Source: Trichosphaerium sp. ATCC 40318 | Taxonomy: Eukaryota; Protista; Tubulinea | Direction: 5' to 3' | NCBI GenBank assembly: GCA_038496445.1 | Contig: JALMLS010000612.1 | Location: forward strand, 124,001 to 188,000 | Length of the DNA stretch: 64,000 bases | In this document: piece by piece, positions 53,630 through 64,000 of the stretch | Layout: each line of letters starts with the position of its first letter | Numbering within the stretch: position 1 is the first letter of the stretch | Notes under the pieces: generated by a model | Seen by the model: only the letters and a program-made list of their open reading frames with translations | The model's database searches: none | Told to the model about the DNA's origin: nothing | Translations under genes and position numbers: made by a program

Positions 53630-55729
53630 TTATGTAATTTGTAATTTACAGAGTGGGCAAGAAGAATGGTGCAGAAACCATTCGTCTATACAAGCTTTGT
53701 GAAAGTGATGCTTACAAGGCAATACTCTAAGCGTATGTCCATAATCATACTCACCAAGACATACAACACAACTAGTTTAATAACGAAATGAGCCGATAAA
53801 CTTCAGTGAAAACAACCCGAAAAACGTTTGTACGCACGTTGTGTGGGATAAGAATTCTTGTTGTCCTTCAAAGTTAGCTACACGTAATGTTGATAATACA
53901 TCTGATGGAACACCTACTTCCTTAGTCTCTCTTCTCTAAGGCAATTATGAGAAATTTCGAACAAACAACTAGGCAAAAATAGCAAGTGATTTAGTTGGAT
54001 CACGTGCTCGTAACGTTTACTAAATTATTCAACGTACTATATCTGGTGCTTCCTCATCAGGCAATAGATACCGTTCTTCAGCTGTATCTTGAGATACTCC
54101 TAGATCTAGGCATCTTTGAATAAATGGGGTTTTTTGGAGAGAAGGAGAAAACTAAAAAAAGGCATCACTGGAACCTGTTGAAAAGACGTACTGAAACAAC
54201 AGCATTGTAAAACCCTACAACATATCAAAACGACCATTACAGCTAGTACCAAGAAGCCTGTGACTATAACGACGCGGAATAAATAAATACCGGTACAGAT
54301 TAAACCAAATCTACATTTTTCTATTTACGTACGCTCTATTCCTCCACCAAAGTTTATTTCACATACAACTACGTTAATTTGAGCAAAAATCAACGCCAAT
54401 ACGAAAATTTCTCGTGTCATTCCGATAAGCAGCGTACTGCTATCGACCTCAATGGGTTTTTGGGGTTTGAAATATCACAGGTAACTTTCTCTTCAGTTTT
54501 TTGTAAAAACGTTCAATTTTTAGTTGGTGTTTAAGTCACTTTCTAAAAAAGGACGTCAGCCACGAACAGATACGAAGTTTTGCAAGTATTCCTTACCCTT
54601 GAGATCCGCGGCTTGATACACTTGATTTATTGCGATACGTACATGGACGCTTTGGCTGAATCATTTATAGTTCTTTCTTTTTTCACAAAAACCAACTGAC
54701 AACAACTCGGAGACTGGCAGCACTTCCCCATTGGTACAGTTTTATCTCACAATGAATTTATACTTATTGTTTAAACGAAACAAAGAGTCTTTCCGTTGTA
54801 AAGGTTCTGTAGTGACTGCTCGGGCATTGTTATTATTTCTATTGCAAGGTTTTTTTTCTTTATCTTTTTTGTTTTCTACATTTGTATTCAATGAACTGCC
54901 TTATAAACCGAGCTACTTCTTTACTTCCTTCTTTACTCTGTGCTAAATATACTATTAAAAACATATAGCTATTTTGTTAAGCTCTATAAAAAGTCCTTAC
55001 GTACCTACATCAAAAGGAGTCTGACCTGATGCATTTTTTGCATTTAAAGATGAAGCGTCGTTTTTGAGAAGAACACTCAAAATATCTACATCGCTACACT
55101 TGGCTACATCATAATATAAGTAAAGAGAACATGGCCGCGGTTTACCTGCTATGTGTAAAGCGCTGTTACCCTTCGACGTTTTAATATTTTGGTCTGCGCC
55201 ATTTTCTACGAGTACTTTACAGATTTCGAAATTCTTGTGATGTATAGCCAAGTGTAACGCTGTTGAGAACTTTTTTGTAACAGCGTTAATATCTGCTCCA
55301 TTTTCAAGCAGAATAGAAACAATTTTTGTATCAGGTTTTTTACTAAATGCTACACAAATCGAGTGAACTGTCAGAAAAAAACTAATTGAACCGTTTTTTC
55401 GTAAACGTTTCGAGGTTTCGCCGTGATTTCCTTGTTTATCACGTGATTATGAGAAAGACACCCCATAATTTATTTCATTTTTTGTGCTTAATAATATCTA
55501 AAGATATTTAATGTACAAGCTGCATGAAGTAGTGTAGCGCCTAGATACAAAGGGTATTGTACATTAACATTTGTTGGGTTTGCTAGCTCAATTACCGTAG
55601 ATACATCTCCGCTTACCGCTATTCACGTGAATGAGTTACAAAACAGTATCCTTTAATCAATTTCTAATTATTAATGTTACAGATACCTGCACTCCATAAT
55701 TTCTTTGCGTGTTTAGGCGGCATACTCAT
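53630..55729 (-). CDS. Ankyrin-repeat protein with a C-terminal RING-H2 (putative E3 ligase)
   Basis: GATLLHAA, STALHLAIHH, GNSALHIA, GQTPFD; CVVCLGEY...LRVLPCKHHFHKACIDEWF...CPLCK. Confidence 0.85.
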
Positions 55730-56715
55730 CGTTCCTACGGAACTTAAGGTAAATTAATAATGATCAAGCGTTATTCAGAACTTTAAAATATTGTTTAAGT
55801 CACCTAAAGTACCGGCTTTGGACCGAAGGTACATGCCACGTAAACGTGCCGACGTAATTAATCACGTTTCTAGCATCCAAACAAAGAATGCGCCATTCAA
55901 ACCTGAAATCATAGTCAGAGTATACTCGCCTTTGAATGCAAATACTGAAATATTTTAACAAGGTTATTTTTTTGACAGTGCTTTGTACGAAACAGTCAAG
56001 CCATAAAAAACGGAAGTCCGATATTAGGACCGTTTCTATCTAACCGCTATTCGATTACTTCAAAAAAAATTTGTAAGGTTTCTTATCCGCGTGATATGTA
56101 TACAAAGATGTAGAAATCTAGACAAACTAGATAATTCAACACTCGAGTCTCGATAATTTAGAATGGGATGTATTTTTTTTCTGTCTGTTCACGAAATTCG
56201 TGTATTCTTGATTTTTTCAATGGGAAATGTTGTCTTTTTTAGCGGTCTTCGGGAAATACATGTACGATATTTCGCGAATTTCGGAACATCTCCTTTCAAA
56301 CATTTCAAACCCACTTCATATGGTACAGGCGTGGTGTACTATCATAGCACATGAAGGTGCCTTTAATTTTCAAATATCTGCATGCAAATAATTTCGAATT
56401 TCTATCTCAGCTATCTCAACTTCTTGAGAACAAGTATAGCAATATATGTGGTAGTAGCAGTAGCAGCAATAATTTTTGTGTAATCACAACAATGTGATAA
56501 AAAGAACCGGGTAAACATAATAGCGAGGAAAAATTATCCTAAAAAATCTTATTGTTCCGACTTCGACTATTACATGTTGAGTGTAAATAGACTTTTTACG
56601 CTGTTATACAGCAGTACAGATGAAAAAATGCGACTTTTCGGGTTTTTTGATAGCCCAATGCATTTATTCTTCACTTTTTTTCGTATTACTCCGGTAATTT
56701 TAGTACAAAACTACG

Positions 56716-58636
56716 ATGACTTACAAGCTTCTCCAAATCATTACACTCCTTGTGTGTCTTGCCTATGTAAATGCGGGTCAATCTATAGTATTAACACCAT
56801 TGTCAACATCCACGGGACCTCAGAAAGTTCTCATAGTGTTCCAAGGTACTACTACCACAAGTTTGGACTCTTATATCTCCTTCTTTTGCGGAGACTAAAC
56901 TTATATCGCTTTGTTATCAGGTGCTTTTGTACCAGCTGAAAGCTATACGAATGTATCGCAGGCTATACAGAATGCTATACCCTCTGTGAAGCTTTGGGTA
57001 CTCGCCAATAAAACGAAGGGATCTGTTAACAGTACTTGTTAGGTTGGTATTGTTAGTTGCAAAGGAAACTTGCCTGAACCGGTTGAAGGAAGCATACAGA
57101 TAGGTGTCATACTTGATACTATAGCAAAGAACGGCTTCCCGATGGTGGCGGAGAACGATACATACATATCCGGACACTCTCTTGGAGGTATTGTGGCTCG
57201 TACAGTACGTAATCACAATTTGATAAAACGTATCTAACTCTGATACACAATAGGTGTACAAAGAAGAATATGCAGGATTGATCCTTCTTGGCTCTTACCT
57301 TCCTAGAGATGGAGAAAAATCTTTAGATAACTTCTCAGATCCTGTACGTTCTTCTAACTACGACGTCTAATATGTACTCATTACTACCCTAGGTATTGCA
57401 TTTGGGTGGTGAAATTGACGGACTTACAAGGATTACCCGATTGGCTGTGACAATCAAGCAATGGAGTAAGCTAGCGCAAATCAAAGGTGTTGAGACGCTT
57501 GCAGCAAGCAAACCTATTGTTATCATTCCTAGTATGGATCACTCTCAGTTCGCTGATAAAGGCGTTTTTATTAAAGGAGATATTAAACCAGAAATACCTT
57601 TTGAACAAGCACATGAACATGTAGGTAAAGCTGTCAGTGCTTTTATTAACGTACAACTATTCGAAGACGCAGAGGTACGGTATACACGCAACAAGTAATC
57701 AATATCCTGACCCCACCTTGTTTAGTCCTTGAACTACTTGGTAGAGAGTATAAAAGACGCACAAGCTCTTGTAACTCCTTTCTGGAAGGCATCTGATATG
57801 GAGTCCAACAGTTGGTGCATCAAAGCACAAAACAGTATCATTAACTTCAACAACTCAAAGAATGTTTCAGTGACAGAGACGCTCTCATCTAATATTATAT
57901 CCTTTGGAGAGTCTAAACCTACAGTAGATTTATCTTCGTCTTACGTACGTGGCATCTGACATCTTGATTTGTTGAGGCGCTTATGACCGGTAGATTCTGG
58001 AGTTAAAAACATCTGTTTACAACACTTACAAATTGAATCCTTTTGATGTGTCGACAGAACCTGAAGCCGCTTTGAATATTGCTTGTAAATCAAAATCTCA
58101 AGGTGCAGCACTATCTACTGTCAACTCTAGTATACCACATGGGAATGAGGCATCATGTGAAGATATAAACAAATTAGCTGTTAAAACTGCCTTGGCTTTG
58201 TTGTCTGACTCTCAACGTAATCGGTATGTAACCAACACTGTTCTCTGTACCTTTTACTAAGCTCCACAAGATATGAAAACTACGGTACAAAGCTATCTTT
58301 TATAAAAGATAGCCTGAGCGAAATGGGTAGCGAATGGATTCTAGCAGATCTTCAATTTAATCAAGTATGTACATACTTGCTTTTGTATTTTCTTCTATTT
58401 GATTTCCTTGATTAAACATTAACACTTAAATAGCAAGGAGATCATTATGTTGTGCAATCCAATGCATTAATTACTGACGTAAATTTTCCTATAAAATGGC
58501 TTGGTGGTATGCACTACTGCAAGCTACTTTCTCCTGCTAGAGCGGTATGACTTTTTTCTTCTCTTTTGGTTAATAAAGGCCTCGTCTGATCTACATCTAG
58601 GTTGAATGGATGCTTGTCGATGGACTAAAACCATAA
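56716..58636 (+). CDS. Secreted alpha/beta-hydrolase, copy 1
   Basis: Signal peptide, LIVFQGAFV, nucleophile elbow ISGHSLGG, LHLGGEIDG, MDHSQF. Confidence 0.85.
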
Positions 58637-58809
58637 TTGTAATCGATTCGAATGTCAATGAATAAATTAATACCCAATTGGATAGTATCCGTAGTTTTAA
58701 CCTTTGAACTCAAAGCTTCTGAATATTAAGTAAATTTCGACTTGAATTTTGAATTTAAGGTCTGTATTCGGATCACATACGTCATGGCGGCATTGGCCTT
58801 CGTGTACCT

Positions 58810-59500
58810 TCTCGAGGCGTGCAAAGCACGCCTCTTACATGGATAGTATGAGGTTACCCATTGTTGTCCTTTCGGTACACCTAGATCTTCGCCATGTGGT
58901 TACAACTATTATCTCTACTAATTCTAATGAGTTCTTTCGAATGTTTATTATCTCCTTCCGTTACTGTTTCATCGAAGGCATTGTAAGCTATCTCAGTCAC
59001 ATCGTTACCAAATTATTGACAAAGTACATCGCGATCTACCAACCATCCATTATGAACAATAGACACTCTGCGCATTGAATTATCTACACTGCTATACGCC
59101 CATAATTGGCATTGTTTACGTTGCAAATTAATATGGAATTTTTTCCCATCCTTACCTATGTCTTGGTTTTTCCTTTATTACCTTTCCACCAGTTTACTTG
59201 ACTAAGTGCCTCAGAGGTACTATATTTAAGATCCACATAATACATCTTCATTTCTTGAACCATTACAACATCTTGTATCTTATAAGCTTGTAACTTTATC
59301 ATGGCTAAGTTATGAGCCCATGTACCATTACAATTAATTGACAACACGGAAACTATCATGACTCGTGGCAATATTGACTTCACTATTGCTTGAGCATCTG
59401 CAACAAAATTACTGATATTGTCTACAGCTTTACTTCCTAATCCAGATTTGTGCAGATTAGTCGCTTTACTTTTAGCTGTAACGCCTCTAGTAATGGACAT
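58810..59500 (-). pseudogene. Possible decayed ORF of unknown family in the spacer of the duplication
   Basis: ATG-initiated 114-aa ORF (59500-59156). After a frameshift in an A-run it continues as NQDIGKDGKKFHINLQ...LCQ*FGNDVTEIAYNAF... with scattered stops. Confidence 0.25.
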
Positions 59501-59696
59501 CAGGCAAAGTCGTCAAACTCCATTTGCCTGTTTGGACTTATTCTTACTTAGTGACATACACGTTAATGTGAAAGCAAACAAAGAAACAAACTAATACGCA
59601 TTCGCGAGGACAGTGCATATAGCAACACAAAAACTACCAAGTATCCTACTGTAACACGTGGTACTTCAACATAAGTAGAACCATCATAACGAGAAA

Positions 59697-60577
59697 CAGC
59701 GAAAAGCGTGGTAGAATTTTAGTACAAAGGAAATGTTCAATTTAAGCCATTTTTTCTAACCTCTGTGAGTACTCCCAATATGCTGTTTTACGCGTAGGGA
59801 AACGTTTTATAATACTCATTATCCCAAGCTATGCGCCATTACAGCTATTAATATTTGTAAAGCAGAAGAGGTAAGGGCAGGCTACTCATCTATTTTTTGT
59901 GCTGTGACAGCTAATAATTATGAACACATTTAAAGTAACAATAACTCACTGCAATTTTAATACTGGCACTCAAGTTGCAACCAAATAAGCTGCAGGTGGC
60001 TATATCTAAAATCAATATCAGGTAACAGATTCACTCAACGCTCTACATTTACTTGTCGGAACAGACACTGTAATTTTGGATGTTTTTATCATACAACAAA
60101 GCTCTGTAATAGATTGCGGCCACAGTTTTATGAAATTTATTATTTTTGACACGTGATCAAATGCAACACAATGAAAATGACTTGGATAGCCCTATTTATC
60201 CTACACTGATAAAAATGCTTTTTTTCCTATTTTGTGCGGTATTTCCTCTTTTGAATTTAGTGTGGTTGTGCTGGAACTGTTTTAATACTCTAGTTTAACT
60301 TAACTGCCAATGGAGTGCTAACATAGCGTAACTGAGAAGAAAGAAGTTCGTTCAACCACAAAAAGTATAGAACACATAAAACCCACTGATGTATACTTCA
60401 GACACTAAATAATAAGGTTTACAAAATACGTTTTACAATGGCGCATAGTTTGGGATAATGAGTATTATAAAACGTTTCCCTACGCGTAAAACAGCGTATT
60501 GGGAGTACTCACAGAGGTTAGAAAAAATGGCTTAAATTGAACATTTCCTTTGTACTAATCTACTGCGCTTTTCGCTG
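59697..60577. mobile_element. Non-autonomous TIR element (MITE-like), about 880 bp with about 140-bp terminal inverted repeats
   Basis: 59697-59840 (CAGCGAAAAGCG...ATGCGCCATT) is a near-perfect reverse complement of 60437-60577 (AATGGCGCAT...CGCTTTTCGCTG). No long internal ORF and no clear TSD. Confidence 0.75.
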
Positions 60578-61017
60578 GCAAGATGTAAATCAATCTAGAG
60601 GTATGTCCAGACCGACTTGTTGCTTTTGAAAGAAACTAATACCACGAGCTATCAATGTACGACAATAAACCCGCAAGTGTCGGGAGAACAATAACGCCAA
60701 ATAAATTTTGTCACCTATTTCTTAAAACTCCCAACAGTGTCCATGGATGCTGTGAAAAGGCTCACGGTACTGGCCCAATGAGATTGCGCCTTTGTTGCGA
60801 GAACTGAGTAGAGCTTACAGCCCGATTTTTCAAGGTGGTTTTATGAAAATAGGTAGCGCTCGCGCAACTCTGCAACCTATCCATTAACGTGTCCTTATGG
60901 AGTACTTTACGTGAGTAGATTATCACGTGGGCTACAAATCGGGTGTGGCTTTTAAAAAGTAAGGCTTATGGTCGCGTCAACTCCAAAGAAGTTTTCCCCT
61001 ACTTTTACAAAACTACG

Positions 61018-62961
61018 ATGACTTACAAGCTTCTCCAAATCATTACACTCCTTGTGTGTCTTGCTTATGTATATGCGGGTCAATCTATAGTATTAACACC
61101 ATTGTCAACATCCACGGGACCTCAGAAAGTTCTCATAGTGTTTCAAGGTATTACCACAAGTTTGGACTCTTATATATCCTTCTTTTGCGGAGACTAAACT
61201 TATATCGCTTTGTTATCAGGTGCTTTTGTACCAGCTGAAAGCTATACGAATGTATCGCAGGCCATACAGTATGCTATACCCTCTGTGAGGCTTTGGGTAC
61301 TCGCCAATAAAACGAAGGGATCTGTTAACAATACTTGTTAGGTTGGTATTGTTAGTTGCAAAGGAAACTTGCCTGAACCGGTTGAAGGAAGCATACAGAT
61401 AGGTGTCATACTTGATACTATAGCAAAGAACGGCTTCCCGATGGTGGCGGAGAACGATACATACATATCCGGACACTCTCTTGGAGGTATTGTGGCTCGT
61501 ACAGTACGTAATCACAATTTGATAAAACGTATCTAACTCTGATACAACGATAGGTGTACAAAGAAGAATATGCAGGATTGATCCTTCTTGGCTCTTACCT
61601 TCCTAGAGATGGAGAAATATCCTTAGCTAACTTCTCAGATCCTGTACGTTCTTCTAACTACGACGTCTAATATGTACTCATTATTACCCTAGGTATTGCA
61701 TTTAGGTGGTGAGATTGACGGACTTACAAGGATTACCCGATTGGCTGTGACAATCAAGCAATGGAGTAAGCTAGCGCAAATCAAAGGTGTTGAGACGCTA
61801 GCAGCAAGCAAACCTATTGTTATTGTGCCTAGTATGGATCACTCTCAGTTCGCTGATAAAGGCGTTTTTATTAAAGGAGATATTAAACCAGAAATACCTT
61901 TTGAACAAGCACATGAACATGTAGGTAAAGCTGTCAGTGCTTTTATTAATGTACAACTATTCGAAGACCCAGAGGTACGGTATACACGCAACAAGTAATC
62001 AATATCCTGACTCCACCTTGTTTAGTCTTTGAACTACTTGGTAGAGAGTATAAAAGACGCACAAGCTCTTGTAACTCCTTTCTGGAAGGCATCTGATATG
62101 GAGTCCAACAGTTGGTGCATCAAAGCACAAAACAGTATCATTAACTTCAACAACTCAAAGAATGTTTCAGTGACAGAGACACTTTCATCAAATATTGTAT
62201 CCTTTGGAGAGTCTAAGCCTACAGTAGATTTATCTACGTCTTACGTACATGACATATGACATCTTTTTGAGGCGCTTATGACTGCTAGATTCTGGAGTTA
62301 AAAACATCTGTTTACAACACTTACAAATTGAATCCTTTTGATGTGTCGACAGAACCTGAAGCCGCTTTGAATATTGCTTGTAAATCAAAATCTCAAGACG
62401 CGGCACTAGCTATTGTCAACTCTAGTATACCACATGGGAATGAGGCATCATGTGAAGATATAAACAAATTAGCTGTTAAAACTGCCTTGGCTTTATTGTC
62501 TGACTCTCAACGTAATCGGTATGTAACCAACACTGCTCGTTGTACCTTTTACTAAGCTCCACAAGATATGAAAACTATGGTAGTAAGCTATCTTTTATAA
62601 AAGATAGCCTGAGCGAAATGGGTAGCGAATGGATTCTAGCAGATCTTCAATTTAATCAAGTATGTACATACTTGCTTTTGTATTTTCTTCTATTTGATTT
62701 CCTTGATTAAACATTAACACTTAAATAGCAAGGAGATCATTATGTTGTGCAATCCAATGCATTAATTACTGACGTAAATTTTCCTATAAAATGGCTTGGT
62801 GGTATGCACTACTGCAAGCTGCTTTCTCCTGCTAGAGCGGTATGACTTTTTTCTTCTCTTTTGGTTCATAAAGGACTCGTCTGATCTACATCTAGGTTGA
62901 ATGGATGCTTGTCGACGGACTAAAACCACAATCAGAATCGATTCAAAATGTTATTGAATAA
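61018..62961 (+). CDS. Secreted alpha/beta-hydrolase, copy 2 (tandem duplicate with a 10-aa C-terminal extension)
   Basis: Near-identical to 56716-58636, including the introns. The copy 1 TAA stop is CAA here, adding QSESIQNVIE. Confidence 0.85.
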
Positions 62962-63098
62962 CTATACCCAATTCGATAGTGTCCGTAGTTGTTTTAACCT
63001 TTGAATTCAAAGCTTCTGTATAATAAGTAAATTTATGCTAGTGGATGAAACTAAAGCGCCATGACTTAAGCTATTTTTATTTTCTGTTGAACATTCGG

Positions 63099-64000
63099 AT
63101 GCTTACCATTACACAACTAGTAATTGTCCTTTGTTGTTTATCAACTATTGTAATAGCCAAACCCTATGAATGTCGTGATCGTACAAAATGGCCATTCAGG
63201 TGCGCTAGTATGGCTACCTAGTCCCAAAGACTTAATTGTTACTTATTTAGTGCGCAATCTATTTGGAATATGCCGATTGGATCAAACGCTGAATTTGCAC
63301 GTGCAAATATTTTTCAGTCAATAAAACCAAAAAACTTTTTCTCTGATGATGACTACTTCTTCGAAACATCATACAACGATCCCAGAGTGCCATGGTATGA
63401 CCAAGGATGGTGGGGAGAGGTAAATTGCCAAAAAAGGCAAATATATTACTTCTAACACAACTTACAGCCAAGTGGCGAAGCTCATTGTAATATAACAGGA
63501 AAGCTTGTTGCAGAAGTATATTTTCCGCACGATACCATAGTAACAGCGTGAGAAAAATGAGTTTCTTTTCTAGGTTTTTTGAAATCTGATTTGAAAAATT
63601 TTGACGAAATAGAAGGCCTGATAATATTTAGATTTGGTAATAATAACGCTGCTGGGATACTTCAACCAGATAATATAACATTACTACAACTTCAACCCAT
63701 ATATCGTTGTAAGGAAGGTTCGTTCAAGACATTGTACTAGTACCTTTTTCTAATTGTTTTCTTCTCCTTTTTAGGGTCACCTGTACTAGCGCAAGCGCAG
63801 TGGTTGAAACATAACGTGAGTATCCTTGGAGAAGGCGCGGAAGGGGCACATGGCGGAAGTGGATTATCATCAATTGGAGGTACACTACATTTTTAGTTGC
63901 AAGAAGTTGAAAACAAAACTAGTCGATTTTCAATTAGTTCTACCAGCCAAAACAAATATTATCTAGGCACAATTCGACTAAAGGAACTGTTACCGGATTC
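63099..64000 (+). CDS. Secreted protein of a bacterial-like uncharacterised family, truncated by the window end
   Basis: Signal peptide MLTITQLVIVLCCLSTIVIA; spliced motifs WPFSAQSIWNMPIGSNA, NNNAAGILQPD and GAHGGSGLSSIGGTIRLKEL. Confidence 0.65.

Larger units (their letters stand above)
56704..63033 (+). repeat. Direct duplication of about 2.03 kb (about 56704-58737 and 61005-63033)
   Basis: Identity visible by eye from TACAAAACTACGATG to TAAGTAAATTT in both copies. Confidence 0.95.

Noticed and set aside
55646-55654. GTATCCTTT U12-like donor (also GTATCCTT at 24649)
   Set aside because: At 55646 it is antisense to the ankyrin gene, and at 24649 it is intergenic. Neither has a host exon or matching branch site.

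Overview
This is gene-dense, AT-rich nuclear DNA (about 35% GC by eye) from an intron-rich microbial eukaryote. An amoebozoan is the best inference, from the WRKY-type factor, class C GPCR, GTACGT/GTGCGT-type donors and a minor-spliceosome intron. About 25 spliced protein-coding genes can be rebuilt by hand in the standard code, mostly with 40-90 nt GT-AG introns, so most short ORFs in the supplied track are exon fragments or antisense shadows. Recognisable genes: WRKY-like factor, Slo/BK-type K+ channel, Trm8/METTL1, a bacterial-like heparinase II/III-type secreted protein, cystathionine beta-lyase and cystathionine gamma-synthase head-to-head, F-box/LRR, ATM1/ABCB7, Asp/Asn beta-hydroxylase-family enzyme, aegerolysin-like protein, insulysin, PRA1, a CUE/UIM/half-RING/UBE2Q-like E2 fusion, a divergent eIF1A, ANKRD13-like, a PTEN-coiled-coil-SH3 fusion, a LamG/Ig-like class C GPCR, a PAK-like pseudokinase, an ankyrin RING-H2 ligase, and a tandemly duplicated secreted alpha/beta-hydrolase separated by a TIR element. 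Best leads: (1) the two-gene transsulfuration cluster on a bidirectional promoter, with possible splicing-based control; (2) a U12-type intron at the human PTEN intron-1 position in an SH3-fused PTEN; (3) a strong window-wide excess of CACGTG; (4) intron-bearing bacterial-type secreted proteins; (5) a structured, 5S-like GC island inside a Trm8 intron. All gene models are manual and have not been checked against transcripts or databases.
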